Below, piece after piece: positions 1-9,935 of a stretch of DNA of 64,000 bases. The notes beneath the pieces are model-generated. The model was not told the origin of the DNA and did not search any database. It saw only the letters and a list, made by a program, of their open reading frames with translations. Source of the stretch: an uncultured Kiritimatiellota bacterium (GTDB lineage: Bacteria > Verrucomicrobiota > Kiritimatiellia > RFP12 > DVOR01); contig CALXMV010000001.1 of the NCBI GenBank assembly GCA_944389565.1, positions 51,924 through 115,923 on the forward strand. Reading direction: 5' to 3'. The translations under genes and the position numbers were made by a program. The number at the start of each line of letters is the position of its first letter. Position 1 is the first letter of the stretch.

Positions 1-845
1 GCGCGCGCGCCGACCGCCGCGAGCGGGAAGCCGCCGCCGATGACCTTGCCCATCGTCACGATGTCGGGCGTGATCCCGGCGGCCTCGCTGTGGAGGCCCA
101 GGCGGAAGCGCCAGGCGTTGATGACCTCGTCGCAGATGAGCAGGGCGCCGTGCGCGTGGGCGGCGCGTTCGAGCGCGCGGAGGTAACCGGGGCGCGGGGG
201 CACGCACCCCATGTTCCCGGCCACGGGCTCGACGATCACCGCCGCCACGCGGCCCGGGTGCGCGGCGAGGGCGGCCTCCGCGGCTTCCGCGTCATTGTAG
301 GGCACCACGAGCGTCCCCGCCGCGACCGCCGCCGGGATGCCCGCGCTCGCCGGCTGGGAACCGTCGCCCGCCGTCATCGCCCCGCTCCCCGCGGAGACGA
401 GCAGACCGTCGCTGTGGCCGTGGTAGCACCCCTCGCACTTGACGATCAGGTCGCGCCCCGTGACCCCGCGCGCCAGACGGATGGCCGTCATCACCGCCTC
501 CGTGCCGGAATTGACCAGGCGCACCTTGTCGACGAAGGGGACGCGCGCGACGATCCGTTCGGCCAGCTCGGCCTCGGCGGGCGTGGCGATGCCGAAGGTC
601 GTGCCGCGCTCCGCCGCGCGCGCCACGGCCCGCGTCACCCCGGGGTCGGCGTGCCCCAGGATCATCGCCCCCCAGGAGCAGCAGCAGTCCAGCACCTCCC
701 GGCCGTCGGCCAACGTCAGGCGCGACCCCTTGCCGGAGACGGCGAAGACGGGCGTCCCGCCGACGGCGTTGAAGGCGCGCACCGGCGAGTCGACGCCGCC
801 GGGGATGACGGCGCAGGCGCGCGCGTAAAGCGATTCATGTGTCAT
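1..845 (-). CDS. hemL: Glutamate-1-semialdehyde 2,1-aminomutase, N-terminal part; the 3' end runs off the window edge
   Basis: Reverse-strand translation from the ATG at 845..843 gives MTHESLYARACAVIPGGVDSPVRAFNAVGGTPVF...VLDCCCSWGAMILGHADP...VMTAIRLARGVTGR, the canonical HemL N-terminus and PLP-aminotransferase class III pattern. It is not in the ORF track because it is truncated by the window edge. Confidence 0.8.
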   Translation of the reverse strand, partial: MTHESLYARACAVIPGGVDSPVRAFNAVGGTPVFAVSGKGSRLTLADGREVLDCCCSWGAMILGHADPGVTRAVARAAERGTTFGIATPAEAELAERIVARVPFVDKVRLVNSGTEAVMTAIRLARGVTGRDLIVKCEGCYHGHSDGLLVSAGSGAMTAGDGSQPASAGIPAAVAAGTLVVPYNDAEAAEAALAAHPGRVAAVIVEPVAGNMGCVPPRPGYLRALERAAHAHGALLICDEVINAWRFRLGLHSEAAGITPDIVTMGKVIGGGFPLAAVGAR

Positions 846-864
846 GGCATATCCTCTCTCGGTG

Positions 865-1302
865 TCACAGGCCGGAAGACCCGAACCCGCCCGCGCCGCG
901 CTCCGTGGCGCAGTCCACGGGCGCCTCCGTCACCTCCGGCCGCAGGACCGGCGCGACGACCAGCTGGGCGATGCGCATCCCGCGCTCCACGGCGAAGGAT
1001 TCCTGCCCCAGATTGATCAGCAACACTTTCAGCTCGCCCCGGAACCCCGCGTCGATCGTCCCCGGGGCGTTGGCGACGGTCACGCCATGGCGGAGCGCCA
1101 GGCCGCTCCGCGGCCGCACCTGCCCTTCCGTCCCCTCCGGGAGCGCCACGCGCAACCCCGTCGGGATGGCCGCCCGCCCCCCCGGCCCCAACGTCGCCGC
1201 GCCATCCGCGAAGAGATCCATCCCCGCGTCCCCCGCGTGCGCGTAACGCGGCAGGATGGCCGTCGGCGTCAATCGCTCGAAACAAATCCTCATGCGCCCC
1301 AT
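865..1302 (-). CDS. dut: dUTP diphosphatase
   Basis: C-terminal 146 codons of the 865..3696(-) ORF read [32 protein letters not shown]...[36 protein letters not shown]...GGFGSSG, the dUTPase motifs. The rest of that 943-aa ORF is antisense to nusA/infB and is spurious. Confidence 0.85.
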   Translation of the reverse strand: MGRMRICFERLTPTAILPRYAHAGDAGMDLFADGAATLGPGGRAAIPTGLRVALPEGTEGQVRPRSGLALRHGVTVANAPGTIDAGFRGELKVLLINLGQESFAVERGMRIAQLVVAPVLRPEVTEAPVDCATERGAGGFGSSGL

Positions 1303-1327
1303 TATAGCACACGGCGCGACGCGTGCG

Positions 1328-1357
1328 TTTGACAAACGGGGCGGGATTGTGGTATCG
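1328..1357 (+). promoter_or_regulatory. Sigma70-like promoter upstream of nusA (TTGACA, 18-nt spacer, TGG-TATCGT extended -10)
   Basis: The sequence gtTTGACAaacggggcgggatTGTGGTATCGTgtg is seen directly. The TTGTGGTATNNT element recurs upstream of other genes in this window. Confidence 0.5.
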
Positions 1358-1437
1358 TGTGCGCGTTTTCTTTCGGACGTAGGAAAGCGTGGGCGACCGC
1401 CCGCGCTTTTTTGATAACCAGGCAAAGGAGTTTCGAG

Positions 1438-2733
1438 ATGGCGGCCAACGCAGAGTTCGCAGCGGTAATCGGGTATCTGGAGCGTGATCGCGGGGTGGAT
1501 CGCGAGACGATCCTGCAGGCCATCGAGAGCTCGGTGGCGCAGGCGGCGCGCAAGAACACGCGCGTCTCGGCGGACTTCACGGTGAAGATCGACCGCGACA
1601 CGCTGGAGATCAAGGCGTGGGACGTTTTCGCGGTGTCGGACACGGAGCGCGGGCCCGGCATCGTGACGGTGGAGCAGGCGCGGCGCTTCGCCCCTGACGC
1701 GCAGGAAGGCGACACCGTGCGGGTGCCCCTGCCGGCCTCGAAGCTGGGGCGCATCGCGGCGCAGACCGCCAAGCAGACGATCATGCAGAAAATCCGCGAC
1801 GCCGAGCGCGCGAACGTCTATAACGCCTTCAAGGACCGCGTGGGCGACATCGTGACCGGCACGGTGAAGATGCTCGCGCGGCGCGACATCTACGTGGAGC
1901 TGAACAAGACCGAGGCCGTGCTGCCGGCGAAGGAAAGCATCCCGATGGAGCGCTATGAGATCGGCGATGTGATCCGCGCCTACGTGAAGTCGGTGCAGAA
2001 CGACGGCGCCGGCCCGGCGGTGACGCTCTCGCGCGCCTGCCCGGAGTTCGTGAAGGCACTCTTCCGCCTGGAGGTGGCCGAGGTGGCCGACGGCGAGGTC
2101 GAGGTGGTGGCCGTGGTGCGTGACCCGGGGCGGCGCTCGAAGGTCGCCGTGCGCGCGTTGGTGCCCGGCCTCGACGCCGTGGCCGCGTGCGTGGGCAGCC
2201 GCGGCGTGCGCGTCCACAACATCGTGCGCGAGCTGAACAACGAGAAACTCGACGTGGTGGGCTACAGCGATGACCCCTTGGTCTACGCCCGCGAGGCGCT
2301 CAAGCCCGCCAAGGACCTGACGCTGACGCTCGACGAGCGCACCCACACCGTCCATGCCACGGTGCCCGCGGGCAAACTCTCGCAGGCCATCGGCCAGCGC
2401 GGGCAGAACGTCCGCCTGGCCTCGCAGCTCACCGGCTGGAAAATCTCCATCACCGAGAGCCAGGAGGCCGGCGCGACGATCGACGACGTGCTCGGCCCCG
2501 TGCCTACGGAGACCTTCCAGGACCAGCGTGCGAAAATGGTGAGCGACCTCTCCGCGATGCTGGGCGTCTCGGACGACGCGGCCGAACGGCTCGTCGATTG
2601 CGGCTTCCACTCGCCGGAGGGCATCCTGGCGACGGAACGGGCCTACTTCCAGTCCCAGACGGGGCTGGACGATGCCACGGTGAACACCATCTGCGAACAC
2701 GCGCAGGCGATTGTCGACGAAAAGGGGGAGTGA
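1438..2733 (+). CDS. nusA: Transcription termination/antitermination factor NusA
   Basis: An aaaggag RBS lies 8 nt upstream of the ATG at 1438. The product reads [33 protein letters not shown]...[10 protein letters not shown]...(S1)...[21 protein letters not shown]...[20 protein letters not shown] (KH domains). Confidence 0.9.
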   Translation: MAANAEFAAVIGYLERDRGVDRETILQAIESSVAQAARKNTRVSADFTVKIDRDTLEIKAWDVFAVSDTERGPGIVTVEQARRFAPDAQEGDTVRVPLPASKLGRIAAQTAKQTIMQKIRDAERANVYNAFKDRVGDIVTGTVKMLARRDIYVELNKTEAVLPAKESIPMERYEIGDVIRAYVKSVQNDGAGPAVTLSRACPEFVKALFRLEVAEVADGEVEVVAVVRDPGRRSKVAVRALVPGLDAVAACVGSRGVRVHNIVRELNNEKLDVVGYSDDPLVYAREALKPAKDLTLTLDERTHTVHATVPAGKLSQAIGQRGQNVRLASQLTGWKISITESQEAGATIDDVLGPVPTETFQDQRAKMVSDLSAMLGVSDDAAERLVDCGFHSPEGILATERAYFQSQTGLDDATVNTICEHAQAIVDEKGE

Positions 2734-2737
2734 GCGT

Positions 2738-5383
2738 ATGACGAGGGTTGCCGATTTCGCGAAGACGGTGGGGCTGCCCGCCGGCATCGTCCTGGCCCAG
2801 GCCAAGACGCTCGGGTTGGAGGTCACCACCACGCTCTCCGCGCTTGACGAGGAGGAGCTGGGCACGTTGCGCGGTTGGGCCGGGGGCCTGAGCGCCGCGG
2901 ACAAGGCCGCGCTCGTGGACAAGGCCGAGACCGATCGCCGCGCGCGCCGCGCCAAGGCCGCGACCGCGCGCTCCGAGGAGGCTCGCAAGAACCGCGAGGC
3001 GGTGGAGGAGCACCGCCGGCTGGCGCTCGCCGCCGAGGCCGGCAAGCCGATCCCCAAGCCGACCACCGAAGCCGCCGAGCCCCCGAAGCCGGCGGTGCGG
3101 AAGCCCGCCCAGGAGCCGAAGCCCGCCACGGAGCCGAAGCCCGCGCCGGCGGCCGAGCCCGAGAAACCTGCCGAGCCGAAACCCGCGCCCGCCACGGAGC
3201 CGAAGCCTGTCGAGCCCCCGAAGCCGGCGGAGCCGAAACCCGCCGCCGAGCCCCCGAAGCCGGCGCCGGTCGCCGCGCCGGAGCGCAAGAAGCCCACGTT
3301 GACGCCTACGCCGGCGCCTTCCAAACCCGCGGCGCCCGCCCCGTCGCGGCCCACGCTGGTCGGCCTCGCGCCCACCAAGCCCGCCACGTCGCGGCCCACG
3401 TTGGTCGGCCTCGCGCCCACCAAGCCCGCGCAGAAGGACGGCGGGCGGGGACGCGTCGCCAAGAACGAGCGCGGCCCCCATGGGGACCGCCGCGGCGAGC
3501 ATGACCGCCGTGGCGCGGAGCGCGCGCCGACGCAGCCGCCGCGCCTCGGCGCGGCCGCCCCGGCGGCCGTCAAGACCGGCAAGACGCTCAACATCCAAGG
3601 GCCCATGCCCGTCAAGGAGCTCGCCGAATTGCTCGAGATGCGCCCGAACGTGCTCATCATGGAGCTCATGGGCCTGAACATCCTGGCCTCCATCAATCAG
3701 ACCTTGGAGCCTGGCATCATCGGCAAGATTGCCGAGAAGCATGGTTACGCCGTCGCGGTCGAAACGCACACCGCCAAGACCCGCAGCGCCGAGCGCAAGC
3801 CGCAGCTGAAGAGCGTGGACGCCGACGACGAGATCCCCGAGGACAAACCGGAGGACATGAAGCTGCGCCCGCCGGTGGTGACCTTCCTGGGGCACGTCGA
3901 CCACGGCAAGACGACGCTCATGGATTACATCCGCCACACGCACGTGGCCGCGGGCGAGGCCGGCGGCATCACCCAGCACATCGCCGCCTACACCATCGAG
4001 GTCGACCAGCGCGACGAACAGGGCAACAAGCGCCTCATCACCTTCGTGGACACGCCCGGCCACGCGGCCTTCGAGTCCATGCGCGCCCGCGGCGCGAACA
4101 TCACCGACATCGCCGTCATCATCGTGGCGGCCGACGACGGCGTGATGCCCCAGACGCGCGAGGCGATCAAGCACGCTCGCAACGCCGGCGTCCAGATGCT
4201 CGTGGCCATCACCAAGTGCGACAAGCCCGAGGCCAACACCATGCGCGTCTATCAGATGCTCCAGGCCGAGGGGCTCACCCCCAGCGCGTGGGGCGGCGAC
4301 ATCGAGTGTTGCGAGGTCTCCGGCGTGACCGGGCAGGGCGTGGACGAATTGCTGGAGGTCATCCTGCTGCAGGCCGACGTCATGGAACTGCAGGCGAACC
4401 CGAACCGCCGCGCGAACGGCGCGGTCATCGAGTCGCAGCTCGAGCAGGGCCTCGGCCCGACGGCCACGCTGCTCGTCAAGGGCGGCACGCTCCATGTGGG
4501 CGACGTGGTGCTCTGCGGCGAGCATTACGGCAAGGTGCGCACGCTCATCGACGAGCGCGGCAAGCAGGTCAAGGCCGCCGGCCCCTCCATCGCCGTGAAG
4601 TGCACGGGGCTCTCGGGCGTGCCCGAGGCGGGCTCCGAGTTCCGCGTGATGCTCACCGAGAAGCGTGCCCGCGAGCTCGCCGAGGCCACCGCCGAGGCGA
4701 ACAAGGTCGAGGCTCTCTCCGCCGCGCAATCCTCCGCCATGGCCGATTGGACCAAGGTGTTGGCGGGCGGCGAGACGGCCCAGCTCGACGTCATCGTCAA
4801 GGGCGACGCGCAGGGCACGGCCGAGGCGGTCGTCGAGTGCCTCAAGGCCATCGAGTCCAAGAAGGTCTCGCTCAAGGTGCTCTATTCCGGCGTGGGGTCC
4901 GTCACGGCGGCCGACGTCCAGCGCGCGAAGGGCGCGATCGTCGTCGGCTTCGGTGTGAACTGCGAGCCGGGCGTGCAGGCGATGGCCCGCCAGAACGGCG
5001 TGCGCATCAACACCTTCCGCATCATCTACGAGCTCATCGAGCACGTGAAGCGGTGCATGCTCGACCTCATCCCGCCGGAGTACAAGGAGGTCGTGCGCGG
5101 CCATGCGGAGGTGCGCCAGGTCTTCGACATCAGCAAGCTGGGCAAGATCGCCGGCTGCCAGATGCTCGACGGCACGCTCAAGTTCAAGGGCAAGTTCCGC
5201 ATCTTCCGCGGCAAGCACCAGATCTTCGACGGCGCGGTCGCCACGATGAAGCACTTCAAGGACGACGTCAAGGAGATCGCCCCCGCGCAGGAGTGCGGCC
5301 TCGGCTTCGGCTCCTTCGAGGCGTTCCAGGAGGGCGACATCGTCGAGTGCTACGAGATGGAAGAGTTGCCCAAGACCCTCTGA
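2738..5383 (+). CDS. infB: Translation initiation factor IF-2
   Basis: A gggggag RBS precedes the ATG at 2738. The N-terminal Pro/Lys/Ala/Glu-rich low-complexity region is followed by the GTPase domain ([17 protein letters not shown]...DTPGHAAF...NKCDK) and the conserved C-terminus. Confidence 0.9.
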   Translation: MTRVADFAKTVGLPAGIVLAQAKTLGLEVTTTLSALDEEELGTLRGWAGGLSAADKAALVDKAETDRRARRAKAATARSEEARKNREAVEEHRRLALAAEAGKPIPKPTTEAAEPPKPAVRKPAQEPKPATEPKPAPAAEPEKPAEPKPAPATEPKPVEPPKPAEPKPAAEPPKPAPVAAPERKKPTLTPTPAPSKPAAPAPSRPTLVGLAPTKPATSRPTLVGLAPTKPAQKDGGRGRVAKNERGPHGDRRGEHDRRGAERAPTQPPRLGAAAPAAVKTGKTLNIQGPMPVKELAELLEMRPNVLIMELMGLNILASINQTLEPGIIGKIAEKHGYAVAVETHTAKTRSAERKPQLKSVDADDEIPEDKPEDMKLRPPVVTFLGHVDHGKTTLMDYIRHTHVAAGEAGGITQHIAAYTIEVDQRDEQGNKRLITFVDTPGHAAFESMRARGANITDIAVIIVAADDGVMPQTREAIKHARNAGVQMLVAITKCDKPEANTMRVYQMLQAEGLTPSAWGGDIECCEVSGVTGQGVDELLEVILLQADVMELQANPNRRANGAVIESQLEQGLGPTATLLVKGGTLHVGDVVLCGEHYGKVRTLIDERGKQVKAAGPSIAVKCTGLSGVPEAGSEFRVMLTEKRARELAEATAEANKVEALSAAQSSAMADWTKVLAGGETAQLDVIVKGDAQGTAEAVVECLKAIESKKVSLKVLYSGVGSVTAADVQRAKGAIVVGFGVNCEPGVQAMARQNGVRINTFRIIYELIEHVKRCMLDLIPPEYKEVVRGHAEVRQVFDISKLGKIAGCQMLDGTLKFKGKFRIFRGKHQIFDGAVATMKHFKDDVKEIAPAQECGLGFGSFEAFQEGDIVECYEMEELPKTL
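3345..3428 (+). repeat. Perfect-length 42-bp tandem duplication inside infB coding sequence ([15 protein letters not shown] / [15 protein letters not shown])
   Basis: Two adjacent 42-nt units differ at 3 positions and encode a 14-aa tandem repeat. The surrounding region is an (E/K)PKPA-type low-complexity linker. Confidence 0.7.
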
Positions 5384-5384
5384 G

Positions 5385-5789
5385 GTGACCCCCATGCCCG
5401 TCAACCGACTCGACCGCGTGAACGCCCTGCTCCTGCGCGAGATCGCCGACGATCTCTACCGCGTGCTCCAATCCGAGCCCGACGTGGACGCGGGGAAGGT
5501 CACCGTGACCAAGGTGGAATGCGCCCCGAACCTGCGCGACGCGACCGTCTGGGTCTCCATCGTGGACGCGGCCGACCACCCCGCGTGGCTCCGCCGCCTC
5601 TCCAAGCACGCCAAGGACGTCCAGGCGCTCATCAACCGCAACCTCACGCTCCGCTTCACCCCCCGCCTCCGATTCCGCCTCGACAAAGGCATCGCCCTCG
5701 GCGACCACGTGCTTGACCTGCTCAACCACCTGCCCCCGCCCGTCTCGGACGACGCCCCCGACGCCGCGCCCCAGGAGCCCGCCCCGTGA
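5385..5789 (+). CDS. rbfA: Ribosome-binding factor A (start may be GTG at 5385 or ATG at 5394)
   Basis: NRLDRVNALLLREIADDLYR...VTVTKVECAPNLRDATVWVS is typical RbfA. It overlaps the truB start (GTGA). Confidence 0.8.
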   Translation: MTPMPVNRLDRVNALLLREIADDLYRVLQSEPDVDAGKVTVTKVECAPNLRDATVWVSIVDAADHPAWLRRLSKHAKDVQALINRNLTLRFTPRLRFRLDKGIALGDHVLDLLNHLPPPVSDDAPDAAPQEPAP

Positions 5790-6523
5790 ACGACGTCTAC
5801 CCCGACCCCGACGGCATCCTTCCCGTGGACAAGCCCGCGGGGATGCCCTCGCACGTCATCGTCACCACCCTCCGCCGCAAGTTCGGCTTCGCCAAGGTCG
5901 GCCACGGCGGCACCCTCGACCCCGACGCCACCGGCCTCCTGCTCATCCTCTTGGGCAAGGGCACCAAGATCTCCGACCGCGTCATGGGCGGCGACAAGAC
6001 CTACCGCGGCACCATCCGCTTCGGCGTCGTCACCGCCACGCAGGACCGCTTGGGCGACGTCCTCTCCGAACACCCCACCGAAGGCCTCACGCAGGCCTCC
6101 ATCGAGGCCGCCATCGACAAGGATTTCCTCGGCGACCTCTTCCAGCGGCCGCCCATGTACTCCGCCGTCAAAATCGCCGGCCAGCCCCTCTACAAGATGG
6201 CCGTCCGCGGCGAGGAATGCGAGCGCGAGGAGCGCTTCATCCATATCTACGACTTCCGTATCCTCGCCTTCCGCCCCGCGCCTGAGCGCGCCGAGGCCGA
6301 CTTCGAGGTCCGTTGCTCCAAGGGCACCTACGTCCGCACCCTCGCGCACGATTTGGGGCAGACGCTCGGTTGCGGCGCGCACCTCTGCGCCCTTCGCCGC
6401 GTCGCCTCCGGCAAGGTCACCCTCGCCCAGGCGACGCCCTTCGCCGACCTGCTCGAGATGCCCCGGGCCGAGGTCGTCCGCCGCGTCATCCCGTGCCCCG
6501 CCTACCTCGCGGGCACTTTCTGA
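5786..6523 (+). CDS. truB: tRNA pseudouridine(55) synthase
   Basis: GILPVDKPAGMPSHVIVTTLRRKFGFAKVGHGGTLDPDATGLLLILLGKGTKI is the TruB catalytic-Asp motif. It has a GTG start overlapping the rbfA stop. Confidence 0.85.
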   Translation: MNDVYPDPDGILPVDKPAGMPSHVIVTTLRRKFGFAKVGHGGTLDPDATGLLLILLGKGTKISDRVMGGDKTYRGTIRFGVVTATQDRLGDVLSEHPTEGLTQASIEAAIDKDFLGDLFQRPPMYSAVKIAGQPLYKMAVRGEECEREERFIHIYDFRILAFRPAPERAEADFEVRCSKGTYVRTLAHDLGQTLGCGAHLCALRRVASGKVTLAQATPFADLLEMPRAEVVRRVIPCPAYLAGTF

Positions 6524-6524
6524 G

Positions 6525-7448
6525 ATGATCGCCGCCCGCCCTGACACGCTTGAGGCGCTCCCGCCGCGTGCCGTCGTCGCCGTCGGGACCTTCGACGGCC
6601 TCCATCTGGGGCACCGCGCGCTTCTGCGCGCGGCCGCCGCCCATGCCCTTGCGGCGGGGCGTCCCTTTTGCGTGCTGACCTTCACGGGCTCCCCGCTGGC
6701 CTTGCTCGACCCCGCGCATATGCCGGGGCTCATCCTCGACCGCGCCGCCCTGTGCGCCGCCCTGCGTGCCGCTTTCCCTGGCGCGACACGCCTCTTCCAA
6801 CCCTTTGACCCAGCCTTCGCGGCGATGCCCGCCGAGGTCTTCGCGGACGCCCTGCGCGGCGCCACCGTCTTCTGCGGGGAGGATTGGCGCTTCGGCGCGG
6901 GCGCGCGCGGCGACGCCGCCTTCCTCCGGTCGCGCGGGCTGGAGGCGTACGTCGTCCCCTACGCGCTTTGGCGCGGCGAACGCGTCTCCTCCAGCCGTAT
7001 CCGCCAAGCCCTCGCGGCGGGCCGTCTCGACGATGCCTCCGCCATGATGGGCCGTCCGTGGGCATTCCGCGGCACGGTCGTCCATGGGCGCGGGCTTGCC
7101 GGCCCGCGGCTTGGCGTCCCCACCGCGAATCTCCGCTTCCGCGGGCGAGACGGGGAGCGGTTGGCCCCGCTCGCGCGCGGCGTTTACCGCGCCACCGCGC
7201 ACCTCCACGAAATCGCCTGGCCCGCGTTGGTCAATTTCGGCGTCGCGCCGAGCCTGAAGGGCGAGCCCGAGCCTTTGCTGGAGGCGCACCTCATCGGCGC
7301 GGCCGGCGATCTCTACGGCGCCACGCTCACCCTGACCATCGACACGCCCCTCCTGCGCCCGGAGCGCAGGTTCCCGGACGTCGCCGCCCTGCGCGCCCAA
7401 ATCCATGCCGACCTTGCCGCCCTGCGCGGCGGCGCACCCACGCCATGA
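6525..7448 (+). CDS. ribF: Bifunctional riboflavin kinase / FAD synthetase
   Basis: VVAVGTFDGLHLGHRALL is the FAD-synthetase nucleotidyltransferase motif. The C-terminus has the riboflavin kinase region (GRGLAGPRLGVPTANL...LEAHLI). Confidence 0.85.
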   Translation: MIAARPDTLEALPPRAVVAVGTFDGLHLGHRALLRAAAAHALAAGRPFCVLTFTGSPLALLDPAHMPGLILDRAALCAALRAAFPGATRLFQPFDPAFAAMPAEVFADALRGATVFCGEDWRFGAGARGDAAFLRSRGLEAYVVPYALWRGERVSSSRIRQALAAGRLDDASAMMGRPWAFRGTVVHGRGLAGPRLGVPTANLRFRGRDGERLAPLARGVYRATAHLHEIAWPALVNFGVAPSLKGEPEPLLEAHLIGAAGDLYGATLTLTIDTPLLRPERRFPDVAALRAQIHADLAALRGGAPTP

Positions 7449-8173
7449 CGCGCCGCGACCTGATCCGTTTCCTGCGCGGCCTGCGCGACGGCCTGCCCAT
7501 CGGCGCGGGGTATTTCGCCGTCAGCTTCGCCTTTGGCATCCAGGCGCGCGAGGTCGGCCTCTCCGCCTTTCAGACCTTCGTCCTCTCCGGCAGCAACCTC
7601 ACCAGCGCGGGGCAGTTTGCGGGGCTTCGGATCATCCAGGCCGGCGGCGCGCTCGCGGCGATGGCCCTCACCCAGCTGGTCATCAACCTCCGCTATTGCC
7701 TGATGTCCTGCGCGCTCTCCCAGAAACTCGCGCGGGACGTCCCCTTCTGGCATCGCTTTTTCATCGCCTGCGGCGTGACGGACGAGATCTTCGCGGTCGG
7801 TGTCGGAGCACCGGGGCCTCTGCGCCCGGCCTATTTCTATGGCCTCACCGCCATTTCGTGGCCGGGCTGGGTCGCCGGCTCCGTGCTTGGCGTGCTGGCA
7901 GGGGATATCCTGCCCGGCTCCGTCTCCCAGGCGCTGGCCATCGCCCTCTATGCCATGTTCGTCGCCATCGTCGTCCCTGCGGCGAAGGCGGATCGGCGGG
8001 TTTTGGCCGTCAGCCTGGCGGCCGTGGCGCTCTCCGTGCTGGGGCAGGCGCTGCCGCTCTTCGGGCCGCGCCATGCGGGGATGCTCATCGTGATCGTCAC
8101 GGTGGTTGTCGCCGGCGTCGCGGCGTTCCTCTTCCCTGTGGGGGAGGCTTCCGGGAAGGGGGGCGAGCCATGA
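7445..8173 (+). CDS. azlC: AzlC family branched-chain amino acid permease
   Basis: GLPIGAGYFAVSFAFGIQAREVGLSAFQTFVLSGSNLTSAGQFAG...LVINLRYCLMSCAL is the AzlC pattern. It has an ATGA overlap with ribF. Confidence 0.75.
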   Translation: MTRRDLIRFLRGLRDGLPIGAGYFAVSFAFGIQAREVGLSAFQTFVLSGSNLTSAGQFAGLRIIQAGGALAAMALTQLVINLRYCLMSCALSQKLARDVPFWHRFFIACGVTDEIFAVGVGAPGPLRPAYFYGLTAISWPGWVAGSVLGVLAGDILPGSVSQALAIALYAMFVAIVVPAAKADRRVLAVSLAAVALSVLGQALPLFGPRHAGMLIVIVTVVVAGVAAFLFPVGEASGKGGEP

Positions 8174-8478
8174 CGGGGGGGCACGTCTGGCTCTGCGTCG
8201 CCGTCATGGCCGGCGTCACCTACGCCATCCGCCTCCTGCCGCTCATCCTCCTGCGGCACGAGATCCGGAACGTCTGGTTCCGCTCCTTCCTTCATTACGT
8301 CCCCTACGCGACGCTCAGCGCGATGACCATCCCCGCCGCGTTGCTCGACGCCCCCACGCCGCTCGCCGGCGCGGCCGGGCTCCTCGTCGCCGGGGCGTTG
8401 GCCTACCTGGGGCGCAACCTGCTCCTCTCCGCCGCCGCGGCCTCCCTGGCCGTCTGGCTTGTCGGCCTGCTCGCCTGA
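8170..8478 (+). CDS. azlD: AzlD family branched-chain amino acid transport protein
   Basis: A small hydrophobic 102-aa protein (MTGGHVWLCVAVMAGVTYAIRLLPLILL...) translationally coupled (ATGA) to azlC. Confidence 0.7.
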   Translation: MTGGHVWLCVAVMAGVTYAIRLLPLILLRHEIRNVWFRSFLHYVPYATLSAMTIPAALLDAPTPLAGAAGLLVAGALAYLGRNLLLSAAAASLAVWLVGLLA

Positions 8479-8702
8479 GCGAAAAAAGGGACCTCGCTCG
8501 GCATGACGCCGAGGAGGCCGCCTTGGCCGCCGCACAACCCTGCGTCCAGACACAGATGGGCGGCCGAGAAGGCCCCCACACGAACCCTCTCACTTTTATA
8601 TACGCAGCCACATGCCGAAAAATGACACGGGACGGCAAAAAAAATCCCATCCCCCGCAAGACGGCCGGATGGTGGGGGCGTCCCGCCCGCGTGCGCGTTT
8701 TA

Positions 8703-8711
8703 TGGTACAAT
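8703..8711 (+). promoter_or_regulatory. Extended -10 element TGG-TACAAT 10 nt upstream of the trkA ATG (short or leaderless transcript)
   Basis: cgcgttttaTGGTACAATgcggccatcATG lies within a 240-bp intergenic region. Confidence 0.4.
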
Positions 8712-8720
8712 GCGGCCATC

Positions 8721-9392
8721 ATGATCAAACGCATTGGCATCATCGGCTCGGGCCGGTTCGGGGAGGCGCTTGTGCAGGCTCTGGCCGCGCAGGGCGCCGA
8801 GGTCGTGCTCATGGACACCGACCGCGGGAAGATCCAGGAGCTCTCCGACTACGTGACGAAGGCGATCGAGGGCGACGCCGCCAACATCCACGCCTTGGAG
8901 GAGGCCGGGTTCGCCAGCTGTGACACGGTGGTGGTGGCCATCGGCGAGAACGTCGAGGGCAGCATCATGGCCACGGTCAACTGCAAGGACCTCGGCGTGC
9001 GCACGGTGGTCGCCAAGGCCTCCACCGAGGCCCATGGCCGCGTCCTCCGCCGCGTGGGCGCCGACGTGGTGATCTTCCCCAACCGCGACCGCGCCCAGCG
9101 TCTCGCCCGCAGCCTCCTGACCGTCAGCCAGGTGGATCTCTTCGAGATCGCCGACGGTCTCTGCGCGGCCGAGGTGCCCACCCCCGACGTCCTGGCGGGG
9201 AAGACCTTGGCCGAGGCGGACGTGCGCCGCGCCTTCGACGTGACGGTGCTGGCGATCCGCCGGTTGGACGATGTGGACCCCGCCGCGCCGCGCCGTCTGC
9301 TCATCCCGCAGGCCGACACCCCCATCCGCGGCGACGACCATTTGCTTATCTGCGGCGCGTCGGACAAAATCGACGATTTCGCGCAGGCGTGA
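8721..9392 (+). CDS. trkA: TrkA/KtrA-family potassium transporter NAD-binding subunit
   Basis: IGIIGSGRFGEALVQALAAQGAEVVLMD is the Rossmann/TrkA-N motif and a TrkA-C-like C-terminus is present. Confidence 0.75.
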   Translation: MIKRIGIIGSGRFGEALVQALAAQGAEVVLMDTDRGKIQELSDYVTKAIEGDAANIHALEEAGFASCDTVVVAIGENVEGSIMATVNCKDLGVRTVVAKASTEAHGRVLRRVGADVVIFPNRDRAQRLARSLLTVSQVDLFEIADGLCAAEVPTPDVLAGKTLAEADVRRAFDVTVLAIRRLDDVDPAAPRRLLIPQADTPIRGDDHLLICGASDKIDDFAQA

Positions 9393-9400
9393 GGAGGAAC

Positions 9401-9898
9401 ATGATGGACGCATTGGACGACACGGTCATCCGCCGGGCGACGTTGGAGGATGTCTTCGCCATCCACCGCCTGATCCAGAGCTACCCGCATGAGCTGATCC
9501 TCCGCCCCGTGAACAACATCGTGGAGAACATCGACCGCTTCACGGTGGCCACGCGCGGCCGGGAGCTCCTGGCGTGCGCCTGCTGGCAGATCCTCCCCGA
9601 GATCGGCTGCCCCGAGGGCGCCACCGTGGAGCTCCAGTCCGTGGCCGTCAGCCAGGCCCACCGCGGCAAAGGCATCGGCGCGCGCCTGGTGCGGTTCGTC
9701 CTCCAGCGCATCGACGGCTTCAAGCCCGCCCAGGCGCTCGTCCTCACCTTCGAGCCCGGCTTCTTCGGCAAGCTCGGCTTCCGCGAGATCCCCAAAACGC
9801 AGATCATCCACAAAATCTACCGTGGGTGCGTCTACTGCACCAAGCACACCAATCCCTTCACCTGCCCCGAGATCGCGATGGCCCTCCCCCTCCGCTGA
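9401..9898 (+). CDS. GNAT N-acetyltransferase resembling the short-form N-acetylglutamate synthase (ArgA GNAT domain)
   Basis: The pattern TLEDVFAIHRLIQ...NIDRFTVATRGRELLACA...VELQSVAVSQAHRGKGIGARLVRFVLQRI...LVLTFEPGFFGKLGF follows the C-terminal GNAT domain of ArgA. A gaggagg RBS lies upstream. Confidence 0.6.
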   Translation: MMDALDDTVIRRATLEDVFAIHRLIQSYPHELILRPVNNIVENIDRFTVATRGRELLACACWQILPEIGCPEGATVELQSVAVSQAHRGKGIGARLVRFVLQRIDGFKPAQALVLTFEPGFFGKLGFREIPKTQIIHKIYRGCVYCTKHTNPFTCPEIAMALPLR

Positions 9899-9935
9899 AC
9901 GCGCCGAGGGCCGCCCTTCCCGGCACGAACCGAAC

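Noticed and set aside
865-3696. 943-aa minus-strand ORF spanning dut through nusA/infB
   Set aside because: Only the last 146 codons (dUTPase) make a recognisable protein. The rest is Arg/Ala/Gly-rich antisense translation of nusA and infB, typical of ~70% GC DNA where stop codons are rare in all frames.
2504-5404. 966-aa minus-strand ORF antisense to infB (and the overlapping + ORFs 2875..3504, 4216..5388)
   Set aside because: Its low-complexity Arg/Gly/Pro composition and full overlap with the well-supported IF-2 frame mark it as a spurious high-GC ORF.
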